Shown here: positions 10,466-19,470 of the stretch, piece by piece | Position numbering within the stretch: position 1 is the stretch's first letter | How the letters are laid out: each line of letters begins with the position of its first letter | From: Crocinitomix catalasitica ATCC 23190 | Lineage (GTDB): Bacteria; Bacteroidota; Bacteroidia; Flavobacteriales_D; Crocinitomicaceae | Length of the DNA stretch: 64,000 bases | Assembly (NCBI RefSeq): GCF_000621625.1 | Contig: NZ_JHXV01000009.1 | Span: forward strand, 8,999 to 72,998 | Reading direction: 5' to 3' | Notes under the pieces: generated by a model | Told to the model about the DNA's origin: nothing | What the model saw: only the letters and a program-made list of their open reading frames with translations | The model's database searches: none | Program-made: the position numbers and the translations under genes

Positions 10466-10496
10466 AGCCCCACTCAATGAGTGGGGCTGTTTTTTT
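10466..10496 (+). terminator. Rho-independent terminator downstream of the mutS2-like gene
   Basis: 10-bp GC-rich stem AGCCCCACTC/GAGTGGGGCT followed by a T7 run. An A-run precedes it on the plus strand, so it could also terminate the convergent minus-strand gene. Confidence 0.8.
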
Positions 10497-10509
10497 GAAT
10501 CTTTAATGC

Positions 10510-10737
10510 TTATTCGTAATCTGAAGAATCCTCAATCTCATCGTCCCAATCATCATCATCATCATCATCATCATCGTCCCAGTCAAAATCTTCTTCATAA
10601 TCAAAGTCATCTTGCAAAGAGCTTAAATCTTTTGCGAACATTTTTTCTGTCGAAAATCCACTCATCATTTGTACGTGAAAATTCGCCAAGTCGGAATTAA
10701 AAAGTATTGTTTCCATAACGTATAATTTAAATAACAA
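10510..10737 (-). CDS. Small acidic protein with a C-terminal poly-Asp tract (hypothetical)
   Basis: 75 aa. C-terminus DFDYEEDFDWDDDDDDDDDDWDDEIEDSSDYE. The stop abuts the bidirectional hairpin. The plus-strand poly-His ORF is the mirror image of this codon run. Confidence 0.35.
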   Translation of the reverse strand: MLFKLYVMETILFNSDLANFHVQMMSGFSTEKMFAKDLSSLQDDFDYEEDFDWDDDDDDDDDDWDDEIEDSSDYE

Positions 10738-10833
10738 GATAAATTTATTAAAATTTATAGTTACGAAAAAAATAAAAATGCGATTTTTTTTAAAAAAAAT
10801 TCATTTTTATTCTACCGCTACTTTGCAACTCCC

Positions 10834-11493
10834 TTAAATGCTCAGATTTGGATTAAACGAAATCGAAAATTGCAAATAGTTTTTATCCCCATTTCCCGTT
10901 AATTGATTTAAAATACCAGCTTGAAAACTTAAATTACCAGTAACCTGATACCCCATAGCAGCATAAAATCTATTCCTGTCAAAAACATTTGTTTCGGGAT
11001 GTAAAAAAATCTCATCATAAATTCCTACAAACAAAGTATTCTTTTCAATAATAGGTTTGTTTATCGGTAAAAAAGCCATCAATCTATACCTGAATCTGTG
11101 TTTAAAGTCATTGGTTAACCATCTTTGTTCAATCCTTAATCTATGCTCAAATTTCAGTCTTCCTATAAAGTTATTGCCAATAAACTGTTCAAACACTCGA
11201 TGCTCTTCTGATTGCGGCCCAGCTTCATTCGCTCCTAAATCATAATTCGCGATATAACCATAACCCGCCGTCACAATCGTTTTGTTTTCAAAATGATAAT
11301 TTACACCTGTTCGCAACAATAATTGCTCTACATTCACTGGAGCTACAGTATGATTACGGTATTGAATTTCTGAATGAATACTCCAATCTTTCGTGAGTTT
11401 ATTGGTTCCGAAATACATTAACCAGTTTCCCCAATTATTTTGCGCATTCAAATAATTGGGGAGTAAAATTAAAATCAATAAACAAATTCTCAA
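10834..11493 (-). CDS. DUF2490-like outer-membrane/secreted protein
   Basis: 219 aa with a signal peptide (LLILILLPNYLNAQ). Alternating-hydrophobic beta-strand pattern ending in an aromatic-rich C-terminus. Confidence 0.45.
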   Translation of the reverse strand: MRICLLILILLPNYLNAQNNWGNWLMYFGTNKLTKDWSIHSEIQYRNHTVAPVNVEQLLLRTGVNYHFENKTIVTAGYGYIANYDLGANEAGPQSEEHRVFEQFIGNNFIGRLKFEHRLRIEQRWLTNDFKHRFRYRLMAFLPINKPIIEKNTLFVGIYDEIFLHPETNVFDRNRFYAAMGYQVTGNLSFQAGILNQLTGNGDKNYLQFSISFNPNLSI

Positions 11494-11506
11494 ACCAAAT
11501 TACTTT

Positions 11507-12118
11507 TTACAAGAATGTTACTTCACCTGTTTCAACACTATAATTTGCACCAACAATCTCAATCTCTCCACTTGCTTCCATCTCACTTAAAATACTGCTA
11601 TTCGCTTTAATTGCAGCAATTGAATGTTTAACATTTTCAATCGCAACTTCTTCCACTTCTTCTTCGCTTAAATCTGTTTTTTCAGGATGAACCTTATCAA
11701 CAGAAGGGATGATTTTAGAAAGTAATTCAGTAATATTCCCCAATTCAACGCGTTTACATGCCGAAGTAACAGCTCCACATTTAGTGTGCCCCATAACAAC
11801 AACAATTTTAGATCCTGCTACTTTACAAGCATATTCCATCGATCCTAAAACATCATTATTAATCACATTACCCGCGACTCTTACACTAAAAATATCTCCA
11901 ATACCTTGATCAAATACTAATTCAGCTGGTACTCTCGAATCAATACAACTTAAAACAACAGCAAACGGATATTGACCTGCACTTGTCTCAAAAACCTGTG
12001 ACTTTAAATCACGTTGAGCTTTCACATTTTGAACAAACCTTTTATTTCCTTGCTCTAAAATACGATGTGCATCTGCTGCTGTTAAATTCTCTTGAATTTC
12101 TTTTGTTTGTGTCTTCAT
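11507..12118 (-). CDS. Beta-class carbonic anhydrase
   Basis: Zinc-ligand motifs SCIDSRV (CxDxR) and GHTKCGAV (HxxCG). Confidence 0.85.
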   Translation of the reverse strand: MKTQTKEIQENLTAADAHRILEQGNKRFVQNVKAQRDLKSQVFETSAGQYPFAVVLSCIDSRVPAELVFDQGIGDIFSVRVAGNVINNDVLGSMEYACKVAGSKIVVVMGHTKCGAVTSACKRVELGNITELLSKIIPSVDKVHPEKTDLSEEEVEEVAIENVKHSIAAIKANSSILSEMEASGEIEIVGANYSVETGEVTFL

Positions 12119-12120
12119 AA

Positions 12121-13683
12121 TTAAAATTTTTGTACCAATTGATTATTACCCTTTTTTTGGAAATTTAATGCTATTACTTTAATATTCAAATCTTTTGCTT
12201 TCGCCTTAAAGTTTTCAATTATTTCAATAACATCATAATGAATAAATTTTGTACTTGTGATATCTATTTCTACCGTTTCACCGTTTGGTATACGATCTAG
12301 GATTTTTAAAATAGATGCCTTATTTAAAAAAGAAACATCCTCACTTAAGACCAATTTGTACCTTTTCACGTTATTAGTATTACTCAACTCTAATCTGAAA
12401 GGTGATCTGAAATTATTTACAATAATTACTAGAATTGCAACTACTAAACCAAGAACAATACCTACCAATAAATTGGTCAATAAAATTCCAGCAACAGTAA
12501 CAACAAAAGGAATAAACTGACCTAATCCCTGAGCATACATCTTTTTAAACATAGCTGGTTTTGCTAATTTAAATCCTATTATTAATAAGATTGCCGCTAG
12601 CGTAGCTAAAGGTATTTTATTCAAAAGTACAGGAATTGAAATCACGGAAATCAACAATAATGCACCATGTAAAATAGATGACATTTTAGATTTAGCACCA
12701 GCTTGTTGATTTGCTGATGATCGAACGATAACCTGTGTTACTGGCAAACCACCTAAGAAACCAGCTACTATATTCCCGATTCCTTGCGCTTTTAATTCTC
12801 TATTAGTCGGTGTAATTCTTTTTTCAGTATCTAACTTATCTGAAGCTTCAACACTTAATAAAGTTTCAATACTCGCGATTACCGCTATAATAATTGCAGT
12901 TGAGTATACAGCTGGATTAGTTAAAGCAGAAAATCTTGGTACGGTAAAATTGCTAAAGAATTCTTGCGCACTAGACGCGATAGGCAGAGCTACCAAATGA
13001 TCTTTTGAAAGCGCAAATTCAGGGATTTCTGCAAACACAAAATTTAAAGTAATACCAGAAACCACAGCCAATAAAGGGCCTGGTATAAATGATAACACCT
13101 TCACTTTTTGGATGAATTTTGATTGCCATATCAATAGAATAAATAAAGATACACCTGTAATAATGACAATACTCGGTTGAATATAATTAACCATATTGAT
13201 CAATTCTGAAAACGTATTCTCGTTATCTGATTGAATAAAACCTTCATCTCCTTCGGGTATTTTATCATAACCTAAAGCATGAGGAATTTGTTTCAGAAAA
13301 ATTAAGATCCCTATCCCTGCTAACATTCCGTGAATCACGGAAGACGGAAAATAGTTTGCAATTTCACCGGCCTTTGCAAAGCCCATAACAACTTGAAGGA
13401 TCCCTGCTAAAATAACTGCTACCAATAGGATGTCAAAACCTCCTAAATCTGTAATTGCATTTAATACGATGACAGCTAAACCTGCTGCAGGACCACTAAC
13501 ACCTATAGCTGAACCACTAAAAGCTCCTACTATCACACCTCCAATTATTCCAGAAATAATTCCAGAAAAAAGTGGTGCGCCAGAAGCTAAAGCAATTCCT
13601 AAACACAATGGTAGTGCTACTAAGAATACAACTATACTTGCTGGAAGGTCATTTTTTAGATGACCAAAAATATTATTTTTCAT
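12121..13683 (-). CDS. SulP-family anion (bicarbonate/sulfate) transporter with a C-terminal STAS domain
   Basis: 520 aa. Many Gly-rich TM helices and a STAS-like tail. Operonic with the beta-carbonic anhydrase, a common SulP-CA pairing. Confidence 0.85.
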   Translation of the reverse strand: MKNNIFGHLKNDLPASIVVFLVALPLCLGIALASGAPLFSGIISGIIGGVIVGAFSGSAIGVSGPAAGLAVIVLNAITDLGGFDILLVAVILAGILQVVMGFAKAGEIANYFPSSVIHGMLAGIGILIFLKQIPHALGYDKIPEGDEGFIQSDNENTFSELINMVNYIQPSIVIITGVSLFILLIWQSKFIQKVKVLSFIPGPLLAVVSGITLNFVFAEIPEFALSKDHLVALPIASSAQEFFSNFTVPRFSALTNPAVYSTAIIIAVIASIETLLSVEASDKLDTEKRITPTNRELKAQGIGNIVAGFLGGLPVTQVIVRSSANQQAGAKSKMSSILHGALLLISVISIPVLLNKIPLATLAAILLIIGFKLAKPAMFKKMYAQGLGQFIPFVVTVAGILLTNLLVGIVLGLVVAILVIIVNNFRSPFRLELSNTNNVKRYKLVLSEDVSFLNKASILKILDRIPNGETVEIDITSTKFIHYDVIEIIENFKAKAKDLNIKVIALNFQKKGNNQLVQKF

Positions 13684-13877
13684 TTTTTTTATTTTTTTGA
13701 CATAGAGAGTCTATGTCTGTAATTTTAAATATTAAGGGGATTTTAGCGCAAGGCTAAAGAAAGTATACAACTAGTAAAGTTGAACCATTAGCCGATAATC
13801 AACGGAAACAAATGGTACAATAGGAATATTAAACACCTATGAAATAGCTGTTATTATTCGTTACAAAAGTTGTATTG

Positions 13878-14219
13878 TTAAATATATAATTCGGGTGGGG
13901 GACTCGGAATTTCAGAATAAAATTCTTTGTATTTTTTAGGTTGAAAATGATCATTATCATTAACCTGATCCTTTAAGGATAAACACTTACAATAAATATC
14001 AAATGATGGCAATTCTTCTCCAATTCTTTCTTCAAGGAAACGACTCTGTCCAGAATCTTCTTCTTCTACCAATTGAAATACTTGACCACCATTACACCAC
14101 TCTGGATAAACAAAACCAATCAATGGCATAGCCAAAAAGAAAAATAATAGGTAAGTCGTCATCAAACGCTTACATACTAATAATCTATTATCGTATCCCG
14201 ATTTTTGTTTAACCATCAA
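13878..14219 (-). CDS. Hypothetical membrane-anchored protein
   Basis: 113 aa with one TM segment. No recognisable motifs. Confidence 0.3.
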   Translation of the reverse strand: MMVKQKSGYDNRLLVCKRLMTTYLLFFFLAMPLIGFVYPEWCNGGQVFQLVEEEDSGQSRFLEERIGEELPSFDIYCKCLSLKDQVNDNDHFQPKKYKEFYSEIPSPPPELYI

Positions 14220-14426
14220 TTATATTTGTTAGAACACATATTCAGTCCTAGAGCACAAAGATACCGAAAATATACCTTTAGTATCCAAAAAAAAACTTAA
14301 ATAATTGTTAAATGTATAACTCGTAAAGTTCCAATTTAATCTAAAAATTAGGATAATATTTAATGAATCAGTTGGTTATCCAAATGTGAATTTGTCTAGT
14401 TTTGAGGTGAATAAAAACTATATATC

Positions 14427-15281
14427 TTGACAAAAGACTTAAGTAGCCTAGCATTTCAATCCCAAATAGGAGAGATATTTACCTTAACTGAATTTTGTAA
14501 CACAAATTTCAACGTTAATATTTTTAACACACAAGACAGATTAAGTATTATTTGGAATACTGGTGATAACACACTTATCACCATCGATTCGATACCCTAT
14601 AAACTAGAAAAGAACTGTTGTCTTTTTTTAACCGAATTTCATATTATTGATGATTATAATTTTGACACATTAAAAATTATTCAATTTAACAGGCTCTTTT
14701 ATTGTATTAATGACAACGATAGTGAGGTTGGTTGCAAAGGACTCTTGTTTTACAATGGTACGAATATCCCAAAAATTCAAATCCCAAAAGAGAATGCAAA
14801 ACAGTTTAATTTAATATGGGAATTATTACAAATTGAAATACAAGAAAATGACAATTTGCAGGTTGAAATGTTGCAAACTTTACTCAAGCGATTCCTAATT
14901 TTAAGTCTTAGAATTTTAAAGACTCAAGAATTTAATTTAGAATCAAATAAAGACAACCTCAACTTAATTAGGACCTTTAATTATTTAGTGGAAAAACATT
15001 TTAAAGAATATAGTAAAGTTTCAGATTATGCTAAGCTACTGAACAAGTCTCCTAAAACCCTATCCAATACTTTTAAAAAAAATGTAGGCTCATCCCCTCT
15101 TCAAATAATATCAAATAGACGCTTATTAGAAGCAAAAAGAATGCTAAAACATCAAGACATTTCAATAAAAGAAATCGCATTCAACTTAGGCTTTATAGAC
15201 TTGCAAACATTTAGTCATTTCTTTAAAAAGCTTGTTGGTACTTCTCCTAAAGAATTCAAAAGCCAATTTAATCAATCATAA
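14427..15281 (+). CDS. AraC-family transcriptional regulator
   Basis: C-terminal dual helix-turn-helix of the AraC type (SPKTLSNTFKK...IAFNLGFIDLQTFSHFFKKLVGTSPKEF). Confidence 0.7.
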   Translation: MTKDLSSLAFQSQIGEIFTLTEFCNTNFNVNIFNTQDRLSIIWNTGDNTLITIDSIPYKLEKNCCLFLTEFHIIDDYNFDTLKIIQFNRLFYCINDNDSEVGCKGLLFYNGTNIPKIQIPKENAKQFNLIWELLQIEIQENDNLQVEMLQTLLKRFLILSLRILKTQEFNLESNKDNLNLIRTFNYLVEKHFKEYSKVSDYAKLLNKSPKTLSNTFKKNVGSSPLQIISNRRLLEAKRMLKHQDISIKEIAFNLGFIDLQTFSHFFKKLVGTSPKEFKSQFNQS

Positions 15282-15516
15282 TCTTCATTTTGTTCTGCTA
15301 AATTATTATCTTACAAATTCAGGGAATTATTGCCTATCTATAAATATTTAATTGCTGATGCAGTATTAATAAAAAAGTTTGAAGGATCTTTTTAGCGCTT
15401 TAAATTTGGAGAGTAATATCCAATCAAGTTCTAATCAAATCTTCGAAATTTAATCTTAAGGAAACAACAACAACTCTTAAGGAAAAATAACTATTTACAA
15501 AAAGTCTTGTATTTAC

Positions 15517-15524
15517 TAGCTTTG
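15517..15524 (+). promoter_or_regulatory. Candidate Bacteroidota -7 promoter box (TAnnTTTG) for the msrB operon
   Basis: TAGCTTTG sits 14 nt upstream of the msrB ATG. Two 11-bp direct repeats TCTTAAGGAAA at 15454-15464 and 15475-15485 lie just upstream. Confidence 0.35.
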
Positions 15525-15538
15525 TATAAAAAAAGAAA

Positions 15539-15976
15539 ATGAATTGGAACGAAATCATAAAATTTGCGAATCATGGCGCTCCTAAACCTGATAATAGAGT
15601 AGAAAAAACAGAAGCCGAATGGAAAGAACTATTAACTCCCGAACAGTTTAATATAACAAGATTGAAACATACTGAGCGTCCCCATACGGGCGAATTTTGT
15701 ACAAGTCATGAAGCCGGAAGATATGCTTGCGTTTGCTGTGCAACTCCTCTTTTTGACTCCTCTATTAAATTTGAATCTGGAACTGGATGGCCGAGTTTTA
15801 CAGCACCAATAAAAGAAAACGCAATTAATTATATTAAGGACACCTCTTTTGGAACAGTCCGAGTTGAAACTATTTGTAATACATGTGATGCACATTTAGG
15901 ACATGTTTTTCCTGATGGTCCGCCACCAAGTGGATTGCGTTATTGTATTAATTCTGAATCTTTAAAATTGATTTAA
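15539..15976 (+). CDS. msrB: Peptide-methionine (R)-S-oxide reductase
   Basis: Two CxxC pairs (CTSHEAGRYACVCC, CNTCDAHLGHVFPDGP) and the catalytic RY-C region typical of MsrB/SelR. Confidence 0.85.
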   Translation: MNWNEIIKFANHGAPKPDNRVEKTEAEWKELLTPEQFNITRLKHTERPHTGEFCTSHEAGRYACVCCATPLFDSSIKFESGTGWPSFTAPIKENAINYIKDTSFGTVRVETICNTCDAHLGHVFPDGPPPSGLRYCINSESLKLI

Positions 15977-16045
15977 TAAAGACGTATTCATTTTAAAAAA
16001 ATGAAAATGACAAAGCGTATATTTTAATAACTAAATACATTTATT

Positions 16046-16327
16046 ATGAAAGCGATATGGAACGGGCAAGTAATTGCCGAAAGTGATAACACAATAAATA
16101 TTGAAGGGAACCAATACTTCCCTCCATCTGCAATTAAAAAGGATTTTTTTAAAGATAACGAAATGAAATCCGTTTGTCCATGGAAAGGAACAGCTTCTTA
16201 TTACGATGTGGTGGTTGATGGAAAAACGAATACCGGTGCTGCGTGGTTTTACCCTTCTACATCTGAATTAGCAAAGAATATTGAAGGATACATTGCATTC
16301 TGGAAAGGAGTAACTGTTGAAAAATGA
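16046..16327 (+). CDS. DUF427 domain protein
   Basis: 93 aa. The NGQVIAESD...CPWKGTASYY...AAWFYP pattern is characteristic of DUF427. Confidence 0.55.
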   Translation: MKAIWNGQVIAESDNTINIEGNQYFPPSAIKKDFFKDNEMKSVCPWKGTASYYDVVVDGKTNTGAAWFYPSTSELAKNIEGYIAFWKGVTVEK

Positions 16328-16833
16328 TATTGGCTAAAATCGCTTTTGGTGGCGGTTGTCATTGGTGTACGGAAAGTGTTTTCACTTCAATTAAAGGTGT
16401 AAAAAAGGTTGATCAAGGATGGATTGCTTCTATCGATGAAGCAGCAAGTTTCTCGGAAGCTGTTATTGTATGTTTTGACAGCGAAGAAATTTCTGAAAAA
16501 CTTTTAATTGAAATTCATTTAGCAACGCATTCATCTGCTTCAAAACACAGTATGCGAAGTAAATACAGATCTGCTATTTATATTTTTAATGACTTGCAAG
16601 AGCAGCGGGTTTTAAACTTTTTGCAAGGTTTTCAAACTGACAACGACATTAATTTGGTAACACAGGTTCTACCTATGACTACTTTTAAGTTAAACGACGA
16701 ACAGTATTTAGATTATTTAACGAAAAATAAAAAGAGTCAATTTAGTGAAAGGTATATCCATCCGAAATTGAAATTAGTTAATGATAAATTCGGCAATTTG
16801 AAAAAAGACAGAATTAATTTAATAAACCATTAA
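16324..16833 (+). CDS. msrA: Peptide-methionine (S)-S-oxide reductase
   Basis: N-terminal catalytic motif GGGCHWC (GCFWC family). Overlaps the upstream stop by 4 nt. Confidence 0.75.
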   Translation: MILAKIAFGGGCHWCTESVFTSIKGVKKVDQGWIASIDEAASFSEAVIVCFDSEEISEKLLIEIHLATHSSASKHSMRSKYRSAIYIFNDLQEQRVLNFLQGFQTDNDINLVTQVLPMTTFKLNDEQYLDYLTKNKKSQFSERYIHPKLKLVNDKFGNLKKDRINLINH

Positions 16834-16837
16834 AATT

Positions 16838-18055
16838 ATGAGTTCGCAAGTTTTAGAAATACAAGGAGAAACAGAATTATTATATGCCAATCTAGAATTG
16901 CCTGCAAATAATAAAATAAGAAGTTATGCCATTTTTGCACATTGTTTTACTTGTCATAGTAACCTAAGAGTTGTTAGAGATATTAGTCGAAATTTAACAA
17001 GTAGTGGAATTGGAGTATTGCGTTTTGACTTTACCGGTTTAGGAAAAAGTGATGGTGAGTTTTCAGATACCAATTTCTCAAGTAATGTTGGTGACATTTT
17101 AGCTGTTTATAATTTCATGGAAAAAAATTATAAAGCACCAGAATTATTAATAGGTCATTCTTTAGGCGGAACGGCTATTTTAATGGCTGCTACTAAATTG
17201 CCAAAAATTAAAGCATTGGTAACAATTGGTTCCCCGGCAGAACCTTCTCACGTTCGCCATCTATTTAATACAGCGTTGCCTGCAATTGAGGCGAGTGGAG
17301 AAGCGGAAGTCAATATTGGCGGTAGGCCTTTTAAAATAAAAAAACAATTTTTAGAAGATATTGAAAACACGGATCTCCTATCTACAATTAAGGACATCAA
17401 AAAACCTTACCTTATTTTACATTCGCCACAAGATACAATCGTTGGTATAGAAAACGCGGCTAAATTATACAGTAATGCTTTCCACCCTAAGAGTTTTGTA
17501 TCGCTAGATGGAGCTGATCACTTACTATCGAATAAAAATGATGCCATATATGTTGCAAATATTATAGCTACATGGATGTCTAAATATTTCCCACCTGAAG
17601 ACAAATTAATACCTCTTTCAACTGAAGGAGAACAAGTAGTTGCGCATTTAGATTTAGACAATGATTTTACTACTCAAATATTCACGCCGAATCATCATTT
17701 AACAGCTGATGAACCTAAATCCTTCGGTGGACAAAACCTTGGGCCGTCACCATACGAATTATTGAATGCTGGTTTAGGGGCTTGCACAGTGATGACTATT
17801 AAGTTATACGCCGAAAGAAAAGGATGGGATTTAAAGGAGGTATTTGTTTATTTGACTTATGATAAAAAACATGCTGACGAATTAAATATCGAAACTGAAG
17901 AGGTTGGCAAAATTGATCATATTTCTAAGAAAATTAAATTCCATGGTGATTTAAATGATGAACAAAAAACGAAATTAATTCAAATAGCTAGTAAATGTCC
18001 TGTGCATAAGACATTGCAGAACAAAGTTATCATAGAGACTTCTGAAATTGTATAA
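16838..18055 (+). CDS. Bifunctional alpha/beta hydrolase / OsmC-family protein
   Basis: N-terminal half has the lipase-type nucleophile elbow GHSLGG. C-terminal about 140 aa is OsmC/Ohr-like ([20 protein letters not shown]). Confidence 0.7.
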   Translation: MSSQVLEIQGETELLYANLELPANNKIRSYAIFAHCFTCHSNLRVVRDISRNLTSSGIGVLRFDFTGLGKSDGEFSDTNFSSNVGDILAVYNFMEKNYKAPELLIGHSLGGTAILMAATKLPKIKALVTIGSPAEPSHVRHLFNTALPAIEASGEAEVNIGGRPFKIKKQFLEDIENTDLLSTIKDIKKPYLILHSPQDTIVGIENAAKLYSNAFHPKSFVSLDGADHLLSNKNDAIYVANIIATWMSKYFPPEDKLIPLSTEGEQVVAHLDLDNDFTTQIFTPNHHLTADEPKSFGGQNLGPSPYELLNAGLGACTVMTIKLYAERKGWDLKEVFVYLTYDKKHADELNIETEEVGKIDHISKKIKFHGDLNDEQKTKLIQIASKCPVHKTLQNKVIIETSEIV

Positions 18056-18311
18056 TCCGATTGAATTTCAGTCTCCACTCCTATTATATATCTAATAATT
18101 TAGATTTATAAAGCATTTTTTGAATTGCAAATGTTAATTCAAATTAAAAGAAAGATCAATTTATCATTGCTATTTTAAATCGTCTAAATCTGCTCTAAAT
18201 AATCAATAAACTCTGCCTATTTCAATATTATTTTATTTAAATTTATATGATTTAAAAAATTACCCAACTCCAATTCGTAAGGATCATATATTACGATCGA
18301 CTTAATTAAAT

Positions 18312-19469
18312 ATGATTAATAAAATTAGAGAACATTTCACAGCGACAAGGAAACGCACGGAAGAATTATGCAAACCTTTAGCTATTGAAGATTATTCGGC
18401 ACAGCCGATTATTGATGTCTCTCCTCCCAAATGGCATTTAGCACATTCAACTTGGTTTTTTGAACAATTTATTCTGGTTGAAAATGTGGTTAATTATAAA
18501 GTTTTTAACGCAGACTATGCCTTCTTTTTTAATAGTTACTATAACAATGTTGGAGAACGCGTATTGCGTCCGAATAGAGGTTTAATGACACGTCCTTTAG
18601 TTGCTGAAGTTTATGATTATAGGCGTTATGTTACGGAAGCTGTCAACTTATTTTTAGCAGATGATAACAATTGTACTTCAGAAATTCTAGCATTACTTGA
18701 ATTGGGTATTAACCATGAGGAGCAACATCAAGAATTACTGGCTTACGATATTAAATATATACTCGGACATCAACCTTTATTTCCGAATCATAAAAATGAT
18801 ATGGTTTTTAAACCAATCGAAGACAGTCCTGAATTCCTTAAAATTGAAGAAGGACTATACACTATTGGTCACCAAAATGACGGTTTTTGCTTTGATAATG
18901 AATTGGGTGTACATAAAGTTTATCTACACGAATTTGAGATTGCAAAAAACCTGGTCACGAATAGAGATTATATTGAATTCATTGAGGCGGGAGGCTATGA
19001 CGACTTTAATCTCTGGCATGCTGAAGGTTGGGATTTTATACAAAATGAAAATATTAAAAGCCCATTATATTGGCATTTCACGGAGGGTAAATGGCATTCC
19101 TACCATTATAATGGTTTAGAATTAGTTGATCCTAATCTACCTGTAGTAAATATTAGTTTTTACGAAGCAGCTGCTTATGCAGCGTGGAAAGGTAAAAGAT
19201 TACCAACAGAATTCGAATGGGAAATTGCTTCTGGTAAAATAAACTGGGGGCAATTATGGGAATGGACTGGTAGTGCTTACCTGCCCTATCCTGGATTTGA
19301 AAAAGCTCCAGGCGCTTTGGGAGAGTACAACGGAAAATTCATGGTCAATCAGCATGTCTTGCGTGGTGGTTCTATTGCTACAGCAAATGGCCATACCAGA
19401 ATTACATACAGGAATTTTTTCCATCCTAATATGAGATGGCAATTTTCTGGAATAAGATTAGCAAAATAA
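18312..19469 (+). CDS. egtB: EgtB-like sulfoxide synthase (DinB_2 + FGE-sulfatase fold), probably the short type II form
   Basis: N-terminal DinB-like iron site with the H-x3-H pair (INHEEQHQELL, cf. HEAMHQEL of EgtB). C-terminal formylglycine-generating-enzyme-like domain (GQLWEWTGSAYLPYPGF). At 385 aa it is much shorter than OvoA. Confidence 0.75.
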   Translation: MINKIREHFTATRKRTEELCKPLAIEDYSAQPIIDVSPPKWHLAHSTWFFEQFILVENVVNYKVFNADYAFFFNSYYNNVGERVLRPNRGLMTRPLVAEVYDYRRYVTEAVNLFLADDNNCTSEILALLELGINHEEQHQELLAYDIKYILGHQPLFPNHKNDMVFKPIEDSPEFLKIEEGLYTIGHQNDGFCFDNELGVHKVYLHEFEIAKNLVTNRDYIEFIEAGGYDDFNLWHAEGWDFIQNENIKSPLYWHFTEGKWHSYHYNGLELVDPNLPVVNISFYEAAAYAAWKGKRLPTEFEWEIASGKINWGQLWEWTGSAYLPYPGFEKAPGALGEYNGKFMVNQHVLRGGSIATANGHTRITYRNFFHPNMRWQFSGIRLAK

Positions 19470-19470
19470 T

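Noticed and set aside
10506-10700. Plus-strand 64-aa ORF with an H8 (poly-His) run
   Set aside because: It is the reverse-complement reading of the GAT/GAC poly-Asp codon run of the minus-strand ORF. It has no sensible N-terminus. The bidirectional terminator geometry favours the minus-strand gene, if either is real.
18697-19119. 140-aa plus-strand ORF in an alternate frame within egtB
   Set aside because: Overlaps the EgtB-like CDS in a different frame. It has an implausible Ile/Leu/Asn composition and no motif.
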